From: Mobula hypostoma
Taxonomy: Eukaryota
Direction of reading: 5' to 3'
Assembly (NCBI RefSeq): GCF_963921235.1
Contig: NC_086108.1
Span: forward strand, 98,086,001 to 98,150,000
Length of the DNA: 64,000 nucleotides
Each line of letters starts with the position of its first letter. Positions within the stretch are counted from its first letter, which is position 1. The notes under the pieces were generated by a model. The model did no database searches and had not been told where the DNA came from. It worked only from the letters and a program-made list of their open reading frames with translations. A program made the translations under genes and the position numbers. Shown in pieces: positions 13,451 through 27,082 of the stretch.

Positions 13451-14009
13451 GTATTTTCTACATTTGTTATATCAAAGCCACCTATGTAGTTTTCCAACAT
13501 AATCTAGCAATTACTGGGCAATCCCCTAGGGTCAAGAATAATTTACTTCCTCCCTCATTCTATTGTGTTGTGAGATGGCCAAAGAGTCAATACTTCTGAT
13601 AAACTATCAACTTCAACTGCTCTTCCAGAAATGAAACTAAAAAAAATTCTAAAAATGCTGGAAACTCAGAACAAAAAGAGAAAATTCAGCAGGTCAAGCA
13701 GCATCTAGGAAAAGAAAAATAGTATTTATATTTCAGGGTGAATCCTTTCATCAGAACTAGAAGAGAAAGTTCCCAATAGGGTGTACTGGGCAGAAAGAGA
13801 TTTTTTAAAATCAGTTTTGTTTTTAGTATTTTTTCCAGTTGTGATGAAGAATCTTCAGCCTCAAATAGTAATTCCGTTTGTCTTTCCACAGATGTCAATT
13901 GACAGCTAAGTATTGTTAACATTTTTTAATCATTTCAGATATCCAGCATCCATCGCTCTTTAAGCAGTTAGAATGGAATTATGCAATGACACACCATCCC
14001 TTAACACTA

Positions 14010-14226
14010 AAAACGCAAACACGAGGAAATCTGCAGATGCTGGAATTTCAAGCAATACACATAAAAGTTGCTGGTGAACGCAGCAGGCCAGGCAGCATCT
14101 ACAGGAAGACGTACAGTCGAAGTTTCGGGCCAAGACCCTTCGTCAGCCCTGAAACGTCGACTGTACCTCTTCCTATAGATGCTGCCTGGCCTGCTGCATT
14201 CACCAGCAACTTTTATGTGTGTTGCT
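14010..14226. mobile_element. Palindromic Penelope-type non-autonomous element with a 14-bp TSD and a hammerhead-like motif
   Basis: atcccttaacacta is duplicated at 13996-14009 and 14227-14240. Inverted arms carry gcagcaggccaggcagcatct / agatgctgcctggcctgctgc. Confidence 0.75.
14114..14146 (-). ncRNA. Minimal hammerhead ribozyme-like motif (intact core, 5' strand of stem I lost)
   Basis: Minus strand reads CUGACGA-A-GGGUCUUGGCCC-GAAA-C-UUC-GACUG. Confidence 0.55.
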
Positions 14227-14499
14227 ATCCCTTAACACTAGGCTGTTTTGAAAATGAACCTGTGGCTGGTCTGTTTAGGATCTTGACTTCGTCATGTAAC
14301 AGACACAGAGTGACAAAGAACTTGAAGGGAGTCCGTACTCATCAACTTAAAATTGATCACAAAACCGAATAATATAGAAGTTAGACATGCTTGCATGTTG
14401 ACAATGAAAAATCAAAGCATTCATTTTTGAAGAAAATTCACCACCTACAACGAACACTAGATGGAGCTCAAGTGGTAAGAAAGTTATCAATTTAAAGTA

Positions 14500-15512
14500 C
14501 ACTCAGACCCTGCTTAATGTTGAGGATGCGTTCCTTGGAGGCGGACTGCCATGTAAATCAGCAATGTGCGTGGTCATTATAACATTACATAAATGGACAT
14601 GTGTATCTGATTTTGAAAAATTCAAACCTGAGATAAATGATATTATTTTCTGTACAGACAGTAATTTGTGAAGTAACGAACAGACAAATAGGCCTAACCT
14701 GTACATCAGTGGAACAGAGCAGCAACACACTGCAGTAGCAGCAGAGGGAAGTAGGTGGTGGTTGCATCTCAGAGGAGGGACCAGGCTGATAAGCAGTTCT
14801 CGGTAGCAGGAAATCATAATGAGAACACCCCTCTTTGCCTTGTTGCTTCGCCCCTAGTCAGGGTCATTATCGATGAACGGGTCCATGATTTGTGCGATTG
14901 TAGTGATGCTAGTGCTGAGGAATTTTGTGCTGAGATTTCTTGCTAGTGTTTCCTCTTCCCCATCCGTGTCCTCAGATTCACCCAGGATACATTGCTCTGC
15001 CAGTTCTCGAAGCTCTTCGTTACTAAGGCTTTCACCATGAGAATGCAGTAACTCTTCAACATTGCCATCATTAGCATCCTCTAATCCCACTTCATTGGCC
15101 AGTTCAACGACATTTTGAATGATTGGTTATACCTGAAACCCTAGGATTTTCACACTCGTTCTAATGTTTTTCCGAGCCTTCTTAGATGTACTACCCTCAC
15201 TGGAAGTTGCAGACCGTTTTCCAGACATTACGGGAAAAAAATAGAATAAATTGGCGAGACAGCAAGAGTGTTTACACATGCGGGGGAGGCAGAGCACGAA
15301 CTAATACCTGATTGGCTGTGAGCCCCTCACAGTCAATGTAAAGCGCTCTCATTGGCTGGTTAAATATTCACTGTAATGGTAGCCACTCTTGAGAAGGCTT
15401 AAGTGTTGTTTCGAATGAATTTTTGTCACAGTTAAAATTTCAATGAAAAATTGAATAACTGCGTTGTAACGAATCAGTGCCATGCAGGGTAGTATTATGT
15501 GGGGTCTTAGTA
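14500..15512 (-). mobile_element. Internally deleted Tigger/pogo element
   Basis: TA-flanked TIRs CACTCAGACCCTGCTTAATG and tattatgtggggtcttagta. A transposase N-terminus (MSGKRSATSSEGSTSKKARKNI, about 15227-15160) sits next to the acidic C-terminus (NVEELLHSHGESLSNEEL). Confidence 0.8.
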
Positions 15513-16981
15513 TATTGCGGTGTTCACTACCAAAACCAAAGGCAACCACAGGACTGTTACTGATATACTTTAAAAACATAAGTTTAAAGTTGTTACCAGT
15601 ACCCTTTTAGGTTATAGCTTTCTGGGGAAAATGATCAGGTGAGAATCATTAACTGACATGAATTCTTACTAAGTAGCCCTGGAATTCAAGGCCCAAGTGA
15701 GTTTTTACTGGGGTTCTAAGCCATAAGTTACTCTTTAGTAAACTGTCCCTTAAAATCTACAGCACAGCTGTTTCACTTGAATATCAAAACAGATATTAAT
15801 CATGAAGACATTCCAAGCTTTTATACTTTATATAATTCTTAAAAAGTTATTGATGACTACTTCTGTTGTCTCTGGCTCAGAAAATTGCTCGATTTGAATG
15901 CTCAGGAAACTTGAACACCTGGACCAGGTGAAGGGTCTTGAACCAATACGTCAACTGTCCATTTCTCTCCATAGATGCCGCCTGATTGCCAAGTTCCTCC
16001 AGCACTTTGTGTATCATTCCAGACTTCAGCATTCGCAGTCTCCCATGTCTCTATGGTGAGATCATTGTTACCAAGCACCGGGAAGTTTTTCAAATTAACA
16101 CTAGGGATTAAAAAAGGCTCAATTTTTAGCTCTTCGTGGAAAGTTTTGAAGTCAGTGCCAATTGGTGATATTTTGCCGCTCAATGTTTTAATGGCAATTT
16201 CTTCCCGTCTGCCAGATTTCTTGAATAGTCCATGACCCCATAAACACGACCTCACTATTCTTCTTTTTATTGTAAAATACAGTGACTTTTTTGACTTGCA
16301 TTGTACTGCTACCACATAACAAATTTTAAGACCTATGCCAAGAATAAACTTGATTCTGATGACTTTATAGGTTGTCATACTCTCCCAATCAAATTACCAA
16401 AGACAAACTCAGCCCACAATATCAACCCTACTCCTCTCCATAAATGTTGCCTGACCTGCTGAGTTCTTCCAACATTTTTTTGTGTTACTCTGATGTTCCA
16501 GCATCTGCAGAATCTCATGTTCAAATTGAAAAAAGGATCCAAGCTCTCCTAAGGAGCCAAGCTGGAAAAAATGTGACTTTCAGACAAAGTAGTAGCAATT
16601 ACTAACTGCTTGATCAAAGAAGGAAAAATATCTCTACCAAGAGGGAAGGAGCAAGACAAGATTTTGGGAGTTCAAAATTAGCAGATTTTGCTGATAAGAA
16701 GCACAAGAACCCAGGATTAAGGTAAAGCAAGATAAAATCATGATGGGGCTGTCCTTTTGCATGCAAAAGTTACCTTCTTCCAGTTATTTGGGCTTTGCTG
16801 TAGGTACAATAGCAATACATTATTAACCTAAGAAACATTAAACCAAATTTAACAATATTGCATCATCAAATGTAAACTTAAGCATAGCTTTGAAAAGAGA
16901 TCCCCAGTTTAAATTACCAATTATATTAAATTATGAAACATTTTAATTGCAAAGGTTTTTATTTCTGAAATTGTAAGCAAC

Positions 16982-18350
16982 TAGAAATAGAGCCCTACAG
17001 CACAGAAACAGGCCCTTCAGCCCATGTTTAACTGTTATTCTATTCCCATTGACCCACATCCAGACAATAACCCTCCATACCTTCCTATTCGTATACATAT
17101 TCAAACTTCTCAACACTTATGCTGGCAGCTCGTTTTACACTGTCACCACCCTGAATGAAGATGTTCCCCCTCAAGTTCCCCTTACAAATTTCACCTTTCA
17201 CTTTTAACTTATGATCTCTAGTTCTAGTCTCAACTAACTTCATTCTACAAAGCATGTTTCCCCTCAATACTGTATACCTCTATCATGTCTCCTCTCATTC
17301 TCATAAACTCCTGAAAGTAAAGTCCTAACTTATTCAACATATCCCTGTAACTCAGGTCAAGTCCTTGCAACATCCTTGTAAATTCTCTCTGCAATCTTAT
17401 AGAGATCTTTCCTGTAGGTAGGTGAGCAAAACTGCACAGAATATTTTAAATCTGGCCCCATCAACATATTATACAACATCCCAACTCCTAAACCCGCTGC
17501 TCTGATTTATGAAGGCCAATGTGCCAAAAGCCCTCTTTATGACCCTGTGATGCCACATTCAAGGAATGATGGATCTAAATTTCAAGGTCCATCTGTTCTA
17601 TCACACTCCTCAGTGCTCGACCGTTCACTGTGTTTGTCCTCCCGAAGTGCAATACCTCACGCTTGGCTGCATTAAACATAGACATTTACAACACATAACA
17701 GGCCCTTCAGCCCATAATGTTGTGCTGACCATGTAACCTATTTTAGAGACAGCCTAGAATTTCCCTAGCACATTGCCCTCTATCTTTCTAAGCTCCATGT
17801 ATCTAAGAGGCTCTTAAAAGACTCTACTGTATCCACTTCCACCACCACCGGCAGTGCATTCCACACACCCACAACCGTGTGAAAAAACTCACATCTGACA
17901 TCTCAGTACCTATTTCCTTAAAACTATGCCCCTTTCCCTAGCTGGTTCATATTATGCTGCAAGCTTTGACAGCCTTCCTTGCTGTCCACTACACCCCCAA
18001 TCTTGGTGTCATCTGAAAATTTGCTAATCCAGTTTACCATATTATCTTCTAAATCATTAACAAAGATTTCAAACAACAGACCCAACAGTAATATCTACAG
18101 CACATCAATAGTCACAGGCAACCACCCAGTACTACTTTCTGGCTTCTCCTGCTAAACCTATGTTGAATCTAATTTACTTTTCATCCTGAATGCCAAGTGA
18201 CTGAACCTTCTGGATCAGCCTCCCATGTGGGATGTAAACAATGATGACTGCCTTTCCTTCATCAACTTTCCTAGTATCATCCAGGGGAAAAACTCTTATG
18301 AGATTAGTTAGATATGACCTACCACACACAAAGCCACATTGTACAAATAC
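16982..18350 (-). mobile_element. CR1 LINE 3' portion with a second CR1 3' end nested at about 17676-17935
   Basis: RT fragments 'GRSYLTNL...VDEGKAV' and 'TRTRDHKLKVKG'; two CR1 tail signatures (acaggcccttcagccc). Confidence 0.8.
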
Positions 18351-18999
18351 ATCCTTTCCCAAACACTGAATCTAAACTCAACTGTAATAAAAGCAAACAA
18401 AACCAGCACCATGAGCTGCTTCAATGCTGACTGGAGGATGCACTCTCTCATTATAGCCACCTATTTCCTCAAACTACTCTAGATTCCTCCTACATTCCAA
18501 AGGTATGTGCATTACAAAGTTAATTAGCTATTCAGACATTCCAAGTGTAGGTGGGTGGTAGAAGAATCAAAGTAGAACGTGAGAGACTGGGCTACAACTC
18601 GCATAGTCTTGATAGGCTAAACAGTCTCACTGTGTTGTGAGAAACTGAGGGCTAACAATTCATATTTCCAAAACGAAAGGTATGTTTGACCATTCAGAGG
18701 CAGGTTAATAGCTAAATTGTGGCAAAGGATGATACTGGGAACACAGTTCTATACCTTTACGCCCCACTTAAATTCAACAACTTTTTAAGTATTTTATCCA
18801 TATTTTGCCCGATACTTCCCCTTAACAAGAACTGCGTAACAAAGCAAGCAACAAAGGACAGAGAGAGAAAGAAAAAAGCAATCACCTGAGGCCGGTGGTT
18901 CCACTGCGCGCATTTAATGTAATTGGAGCAGCTGCAGACTGAATTCTTCATGGGAGATTTATTTCCCTTTAGATACATGCAAGCAGGCACCGAATAAGA

Positions 19000-19700
19000 A
19001 AACAAGCCGCTGCCGGAGGGGATGGCGAGCGCTGAGATAGAATCATTTTGTTAAGATAGAGGCAGGAGGAAGGAAGCGCCGCAGAGGATTTTCACCCCGT
19101 AACCGATCGCCTGGACAGGGAGAGAGAGGCCGACGGCCATTTTAAAGCAGGAGCGCGGCCTCCGCCCGACCAAATGGAGAAGGTAGATCGTCCATCGCAA
19201 CTGCTTGGCCCACTCACATCCACATGGAGCGGGGTGAGGGCTAAGGTGGAGGCCAGTCGCCCGCAGTGGAGAAGGCGGCCCCGGGTTCCCGCGGTACCAT
19301 GCGGCCTGGTGTCAGAAAAGAAAATGGAGGAAGTTGACGAGACGGCCACCGTGCCTCGTCTCCCCGTGCCTACTTTACCTCGCAGCCCGTCTGAATCCGT
19401 GGAGCTCCAGCCCCGGTTCGAGCCTCTCATGCCGTCGTTGTCGCTGATACCCCAGTTGCGGTTGCTGCCTCTTAGGCCGTCCATGGCTGCCTGTCGTCGT
19501 CGCTGCTGCTCGATGACTGGCGCCTCCCTCCGTGGTCCGGCACGCTAATCGTTCCGTCACACGGCGAGGGGCAGGCTTTCCGAGGCTGGCCGCCACCTCC
19601 CCGGAGCCTCGAGATCTCATCAAAACACCTCATTAATTTGTTTGTTTGTGTGTATGTGCGCAAGCTTCTGCTGTTTTGCATTCGGAGGCTGAGTCCGGTG
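19000..19700 (-). promoter_or_regulatory. CpG island / promoter and first exon region of ZNF326
   Basis: Dense CpG and GC-rich sequence in an AT-rich background, surrounding the ATG at 19484. Confidence 0.8.
19379..19484 (-). CDS. ZNF326: ZNF326 coding exon 1 (start codon)
   Basis: Strong Kozak gcagccATGG inside the CpG island. 35 codons plus 1 nt, then donor GAG|GTAAAG; phase 1 matches the next exon. Encodes MDGLRGSNRNWGISDNDGMRGSNRGWSSTDSDGLR. Confidence 0.75.
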
Positions 19701-20326
19701 GGGAAGTTCTTTTAATATGTCATCCCAGTCAGCTACATGAGTGGCAATGGTACCACTGAACAAAACAACACACAAAAATGCTGTACAAATATGCGTTAAC
19801 ACTACTGAATATATTGACCAAATGATATTAAGAATGTAGGGAGATTTGCTTTTGTTTTTTGTGTACGATTAAAGTTTTTTTTCAAAAAATATACGCTGCC
19901 CAATTGGTTCCACTCCCCGTGCCCTGAAAGCTATTTTTTGTCTGAATGTTTTGAAATTGAATATTCAGTCTGTATTTACTACCCTATTTTATTCAAAATA
20001 AAACACTTTAAAATAATTCATTTACTTTGTTGTAGCTACGATTAGCCAGTAAAATCTAATATTTTTTTCGGCTGGTGACAAAGGGATGAAAGTTAAGATT
20101 GCACCACCTTGTATATTTCAACAGCACATTGTATTTTATTTGAGTTGGGGTAAAAGTCGTCTTAAACCATCAACTAATACAAGTTTCCAAAATAAACTAA
20201 TTTTCACTGAGGTAACAACCACTAATTTTTGATCCAAATGTTTCTCTGGCTAGAATGTACTCTAATACTCCAAGCTGGACCAGAAAGACATCCCATGCAC
20301 CATCAATCGACGTGCCATGCTACACA

Positions 20327-20861
20327 CAGACATCCCACCCTGCAAAAACTCATTTCAGGGAGGTAGCACGATCAAGTTACAGGAGACTCCTGGAACTTCC
20401 GGGAGAGGTGGGATGTCTGCAATAGAGTAGCTCCTTAGCAACTAGCCAGCTAGTTTAAATAACATTAGCTATGCTAATGAACGAATGACACCTGTTAAAC
20501 TCACCTCAACATGTCTTTTACAGTCTTAACCCACCATGGGCAATAGAAAAGTCACTGTTGCAAACAGTGCAGCCAGCAACACTGTCATTATTTTGACCCC
20601 TATTGGGCAGGGGTACAATTTAGTGTAGTCTGGGGTGAAGTACGTTTTGTTTTTTCTTTTTTTGGAACACTCTGCCGTGGCGCTCTCTCGCTCACGCTCT
20701 CTCTCTCTTGTGGTCGCTCTCGCGCTCTCTCTTGCTTTCTCTCGCTCACTCGCTCTCAAAACAATTGAATTCCGTGAAATTGTATATAATTTGCGGGCAT
20801 CAAGGAGCCACTATTAATATGCAGGAGACTCCTGGGACTTCCGGGAGTGGTGGGATGTCTG
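20327..20861. mobile_element. Non-autonomous DNA transposon (hAT-like CAG termini) with a 6-bp TSD
   Basis: Perfect 13-bp TIR CAGACATCCCACC / ggtgggatgtctg; tacaca at 20321-20326 and 20862-20867; internal CT-rich tract. Confidence 0.8.
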
Positions 20862-23532
20862 TACACAGGGACTTGGGCTATATAATATTTTTTGTGACTA
20901 TGTTTTCTGCTATCGTAACTAAATGTGCTGTATGCATTATGTGTTGTGTTGTGTTGGTATCGTGTTTTGCACCTTGGCCCTGAAGGTACGATTTCGTTTG
21001 GCCATATTTACGTAAAACCATATAACCATATAACAATTACAGCACATATATGGTTGAATGACAATTAAACTTGTAATTGGGACATTATATAGTGTTAAGA
21101 GCACTATACAAATACATTGATGTTAAAGGTTATGAAAAACATGATATTCTTAGGAAGTCTTGTGAGGATAAGGTCTTACGGGGATAAGAATGACTCACAT
21201 CACCAGTCCTAAGCTGCAGGTGCTCACAGGCTCTATCACAGGTGGCGTCGGTATCGCTTTTTACAAGATGGGTGTGGTTTTGAAGGTAGCGTACTCCTGC
21301 CATTTTATTGATTGTAATAATAGCATGTTTACTGCACCCAATCCTTCTTTCATAATATGAAACTGAGGGATAGATTAATGATGTTCCAAGATAATGTTTT
21401 GTCATAATTTATATCCACTTGTGAGATCTTAACAGTCCCAAGGGTCTGCAGATGAATCTGAAGCAACAAACTACCTGACGGAGGACCGCAGCACGTCAGA
21501 TAGCATCAGTGTTGGGAAAGAAATTGTTGACATTTCAGATTGGAAACCTTGCTTCTGGACTTAGGAGCACATCTCACCAGTGACGTGGCCCTGCCAAGAA
21601 CCTTTAGTACTCCAGCGCATCAGCCTACATTTTTATACTCGTTTGTAGAAAGGGGCCTGAAATCAAAATTTGTAATTTCTAAGTGAGGAAACCGTCAAAT
21701 GAGCTACAGTGACTACCACTATTTAAACAGAATGCATAAGACTGAATTCAAACTACATATTAAGAAAGAAAGGTATTCACATGGCCTTCTCCTATTTTGT
21801 TGCAGCTCAGAAAATATATTTCTTTCAAGGCAGTCAGCCTAATGTGCCACTACTGATACGTAAAAATAACTAGCACATTTAAGTAGAATGGAATCTACAT
21901 TATTCATTTTTTAAAGTACATGCTGAATATTAGAAACAAAGTGAGGCATTTTGCAGAATTTGCTTTTACACCTGTGTTTTGTCTATGTTGTTACATTATT
22001 TTTCTTAAATTAAATAAGCCTCAGAATATGTCAGCAAATCCAGTAAGTGCTGTCAAAATGTATTTATAATTATAAACTGCTATTAGTGTAGCAATCTCAA
22101 TTTAGAATAACCAACGTTGAGCTGAACTGAATATGCCTGGACTCCTTCAATTTTGTGTTTTGTATTCTGTGTTTTTTGCTCTTTTTTTTGCTGCTTGCAT
22201 GTGGGGAGGGATTGATGCTTTTCTTTCAACAGGTTCCATAGTTCTCTTTGTTTTGTGGCTGCCTGTGGGGAAGACAAATCTCAGGGTTGTATACTGCATA
22301 CAGACTTTGATAACAAATGTACTTCGAACATTTAACTTTGAAAATGCACAAAGGAATTAGTCAATATTTATTCCATGCATTCCTAGTCATCTAGATTCTA
22401 AATTTTTGAATGAAATTAACCACAAATTTAGATTATGTGTTATATGTTATTGTAACTTCAAAGATTAATGAAGTTTTAAATATGCTGAAGCAAATTTCAA
22501 TATAAACTGTTGTAATGTTTGCAATATTTTTCTCAATGTTTACATTATGAATGTCTAAAGATAAACAGTGCAAACATCTTGGATACAAAGATTTACTCAT
22601 GTCCTATTTTAAAAAGAAATAGCTTGCCTTCATTCTAGAGCCATAGGGCAATAATATTACAATTAGCTCATTATACAGTAATCACAACTTCACTAAATAT
22701 CCTCTAAATGAAAGAAGATGGACAAATTAACCAGGGGCAGCACTTCAAGCTGTAACATAGCCTTGTTCAAAGTTCCATAAATCACATTTTAATCATGCAC
22801 TCAGATAGAATTATTTATAAACTGCTATTACTGTAATTATCCTAATTTAACCAGAATTGTAAAAGTGGGGCCTTGTGCTTTAAGGAGATTTTATCGAATG
22901 AAACCTCTCTCCCTAAATTTTCCTAAGAGATCAGAACCACAAATGAAGCTGCTATTTTCGTAATTTTTTTTAGCTCATATACTGGAAAGCTCTCCCAGAA
23001 TCAGATTATTTTAAATCGTAATTGAGAAAGGGCAGTATCACCACTTAACAGAACAGTTTACACAGACAGTTCTTGGAATCACAATCTGGCATGAATTGAT
23101 ATTTTGTAAAATCACACTCAGTATTAATCGTGCTGAAAACCACTTGATCATTTGCAAGAATACTGGCTGAAAATCGACATGGCACAGCATTTTGTGGTGA
23201 ATTAACACTGGCTCTGGTGGCAGTACTATCATTGTAGTGGCTTATTAACTGAGTCTATAGATGGCATTAGTTGATACCTCAGACCTTAGTCAATTTGAAC
23301 TAGGCTTGTCTATTTGGATGCAGAACAGATCCGAATTTCTTTAGAAAAATTGAGCAACAGAATTGGAGAAAAGTTCTCTAAATAACAAAAAATTGTTGTT
23401 GTATAAATAACACATTAACATGAACAAAGCTGAATAATGATCATAAATGAGATTTGACAAAACCTAGTAATTAACTTTAACAAAAAGAATGTAAGAGTCC
23501 TGGAAATCTACATTTTGTTGGCAGAATTTCAG

Positions 23533-24325
23533 ATGGTGATGAGAAGGCATACAGGAGCGAGACAGATCAACTAGTTGAGTGGTGTCGCAGCAACAACCTT
23601 GCACTCAAAGTCAGTAGGACCAAAGAATTGATTGTGGACTTCAGAAAGGGTAAGACGAGGGAACACACACCAGTCCTCATAGGGGATCAGAAGTGGAAAG
23701 AGTGAGCAGTCCAAAGTTCCAGAGTGTCAATATTTCTGAGGGTCTATCCCAACATATTGATGCAGTTATGAAGAAGGCATGACTGCAGCTATATTTCGTT
23801 AGGAGTTTGAGGAGATTAGGTATGTCACCAAAGACACTCACAAATTTCTACAGATGTACCATGAAGCACATTCTAACTGGCTTTATCACCATCTGGTACG
23901 GGGAGGGGGCACTGCACCATATTGAATTAAGCTGCAGAAACTTGAAAACTCAGTCAGTTCCTGGACATCTTCAAGGAATGATGCCTCAAAAAGTTGACAT
24001 CCATCATTAAGGACTCCCATCACCCAGGACATGCCCTCTTCTCATTGCTACCATCAGGGAGAAGATACAGGAGCCTGAAGGCACGCACTCAACGATTCAG
24101 GAACAGCTTCTTCACCTCTTGCTATCAGATTTCTGAATGGACTTTGAGCCCATAAATATGACCTCACTACTTTTTTGCATTACTTATTTAATTTTATATA
24201 TAGAAATATATACATCTTACTGTAATTCACAGTTTTTACTATCACGTATTACAATATAATGCTGCCACATAACAACAAATTTCACGATATATGTCAGACA
24301 TATTAAAACTAATTCTGATTCTGAA
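23533..24325 (+). mobile_element. Rex1/Babar-like LINE 3' portion
   Basis: Reads 'LVEWCRSNNLAL...TKELIVDFRK' and 'LTNFYRCT...ILTG.IT.WYG', then ccatcagggagaagatacaggagc and a tail ending in ttctgattctga. Confidence 0.8.
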
Positions 24326-25734
24326 AAGCACAGCAAGGACGCAGAAAAGTAATATGATGAACAAAAAGTTACTGGAACAAACGAGATTTTTTTAAAACCT
24401 AGGTATTTCTTTCTTTGATACAAAAGAATTAGTGCAAAATAAAATAGAAGTTCTTTTAACATTTTGCACCATCTTGAAAGGTAGGTAAGTAAAAAAATTC
24501 AATGGATTGACAATTTGACACATGGGGTTACGTAAAGTTAAAGAAATATTTTCATGCTGAGGCCTAAAGTAACGTAAAATGCTTTAACTTAATTTCATAT
24601 GTAATTAATAAAAAGAGGATTTTATCTATATATCTGGAGGAAGATTTCAGCAATACAAAAGAAAAATAGATAACTCAAATTTTTGCAGAGAAAAATGGTT
24701 TCACTAAGCACTATATAGTCTCTAATGATTCCAATTTTCTTTAATAAAATATGTTCTACTACTTTGTTTGATCATATAATGTAAAATCAAGGATCAACTT
24801 TATTTGCCATACACATTTACATGTATTAGGAATTTGCTGTGGTGTGTTGGTGCAGCATGCAGCTAAAAATAACAACATTCAACAATTATAAAGAATTATA
24901 TAAAAAAAATAAACTTAGAGGTTAAAAGTATGGCTATGGAATAAAATGTGTATACAGAAGTCTAGAAGTCGAGGTCCATTATCAAAGCCAAGTCTACGAA
25001 CCTCTGTGAGTCCACTGGGGAGGCCAAAGCCCAAGTTTCTGTTTGCTGGAGGCCTGTTCTGGAGTTGAAGGACTGTGCACGTGCACGGGTGGAAGGGAGG
25101 AACAGGACTTGGTTTTTGCTGTTGATGGTTTGTTGCATGATGTGTTCTGTGTTGTTCTGCCATGCATTGTGAGCATGCTATGTTTGCATTGGAATGTGTG
25201 GTGTCACCTGCGGGGTGCCCCCAGAACACTTAACACAAACGACACACTCACTGTGTTTCAATGCACACGTGACAAATAAATTTGAATCTTGGATAAATAC
25301 ACAAATACCAGCATACAGTATATTTACAATTTTTAGCAGCAGTATAAAAAGTGATTTAAAGTGTTTACAGTGTAGTGACTCAAGTAATAGACAGAGGAAA
25401 GTGGGGAAGGGCTAACTATAATGGCTGACCAGATTAATGGCCCAGGGGAAGATACTTTTAAAATAGTGTTCAGATTTTGTTTTAATAGCCCTATAGCGCT
25501 TTTCAGATGGGAGCTTTAGGAAAAGGTTGTTTGTTGGGTGGGTAGTGTCCGCAGTGTCCTAGACACGTACAGGTCCTGCAGTGCTTGTAGACCGTAGCCA
25601 AATACCTTTTCTGCTGACCTGACAGCTTGCTGTAGTTTTTGTATATTGTGAGAGACTGCTGCACCAAACCAGACCAGGGTGATGTGAGGATATACTACCT
25701 TGTGCTTCATTTTCTTACAGGCATTCACAGTAGG

Positions 25735-26820
25735 ACAGAGTCTCCTCCACAATCTCCATCGGCACAGGTGCACCACAAGGCTGTGTGCTTAGTCTCCTGC
25801 TCTACTTGCTTTATACGTATGACTGTGAAGTTAAACAGCTTCAATGACATATTTAAGTTTGCTGACAACACTGTCATAGGCCAAATCAAAAGCGACAACA
25901 CATCAGCACACAGGAGGGAGACTGAAAATCTTGCTGAGTGATGCCACAGCAACCGTTCATTCAATGTCAGTAAGACCAAGGATCTGATTATTGACTTCAG
26001 AAGGAGGAAAGCAGAGGTCCATGAGCCAGTCCTTATAGGGAGATCAGAGGTAATGAGTCAGCAGCTTTAAATTCTTCAGTATTAATCTTTCAGAGGATAT
26101 GTCCTGGCTAAAGCATGTAAGAGCCATGTGAAGAAAGTATGGCAGCGCCTCGACTTCCTTAGAAGCTTGCGAAGTTTCAGCTTGACATCTAAAACTTTGA
26201 CAAACTTTTACAGATGTGAGGCGGAGAATATATTGACTGGTTGCGTCACAGCCAGGTACAGAACCACCAATGCCCTTGAACGGAAAACCCTGCAAAAAGT
26301 AATGGATATGGTCCAGTCCATCATGGGTAAAGCCCTCCCCAGCACTGAGCATGTCTACACAGAGCGCTGTGACAGGAAAGCAACATGAATCATCAAGGAA
26401 CCCCACCACCGATGCCATGCTCCCTTTTCACTGTTGCCATCAGGAAGAATGTACAGGAACCTCAGAACCCACGGCACCAGGTTCAGGAACAGTTATTACC
26501 TCTCAACCATGAGACTCTTGAACCTGTGGTGATAACTGAATCCATCACTGAACTGTTCCTACAACCTATGGACTCACTTTCAAGGACTCTTCATGTCATA
26601 TTCTCGATATTTATTGCTTATTTATTTATTATTATTTTTCTTTTGTATTTGCACAGTTTGTTAATTTTTGCACATTTGCTGTTTGACCGTCCTGTTGGGT
26701 GCAGTCTTTCATTGATTATATTGTATGTGCCCACAAGAAAAAGATTCTCAGGGTTGAATATGCTGACATATATGCAGAGTACTTTGACGATAAATTTACT
26801 TTAATCTTTGAACTTTGAAA
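25735..26820 (+). mobile_element. Rex1/Babar-like LINE, RT region to 3' tail, degenerate
   Basis: RT motif 'IFKFADNT' and 'QRLDFLRSLRSF...LTNFYRC...ILTGCVT'; tail ending in tttgaactttgaa. Confidence 0.8.
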
Positions 26821-27082
26821 AACTGAAAACTATTACATATTTTAACAGGCACTAAAGATTTTACAGTTTGTCTTACATGAGACTTTCTTCTCTATGTACC
26901 ATTAGCTTGCCAACTTCTACTGATCCCCAATGAATATAACATCTCCATGTATAAATCTATCCATTTCTTTCTGAATTTTCCTAATCTAAACCAGCTCTTT
27001 AGAATTGACTTATCCCATAAAATTCCATTCTCTCCATTTTGTGGCAAGCCTTAGGTCCGTACTTTGGGATAATGCCCTAAAT

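Noticed and set aside
19174..19548. 124-aa plus-strand ORF in the CpG island
   Set aside because: Expected by chance in GC-rich DNA and antisense to the better supported ZNF326 exon 1.
21165..21260. Cluster of GATA, AP-1 (tgactca) and E-box (caggtg) motifs upstream of ZNF326
   Set aside because: Short motifs alone cannot support an enhancer call without conservation or chromatin data.
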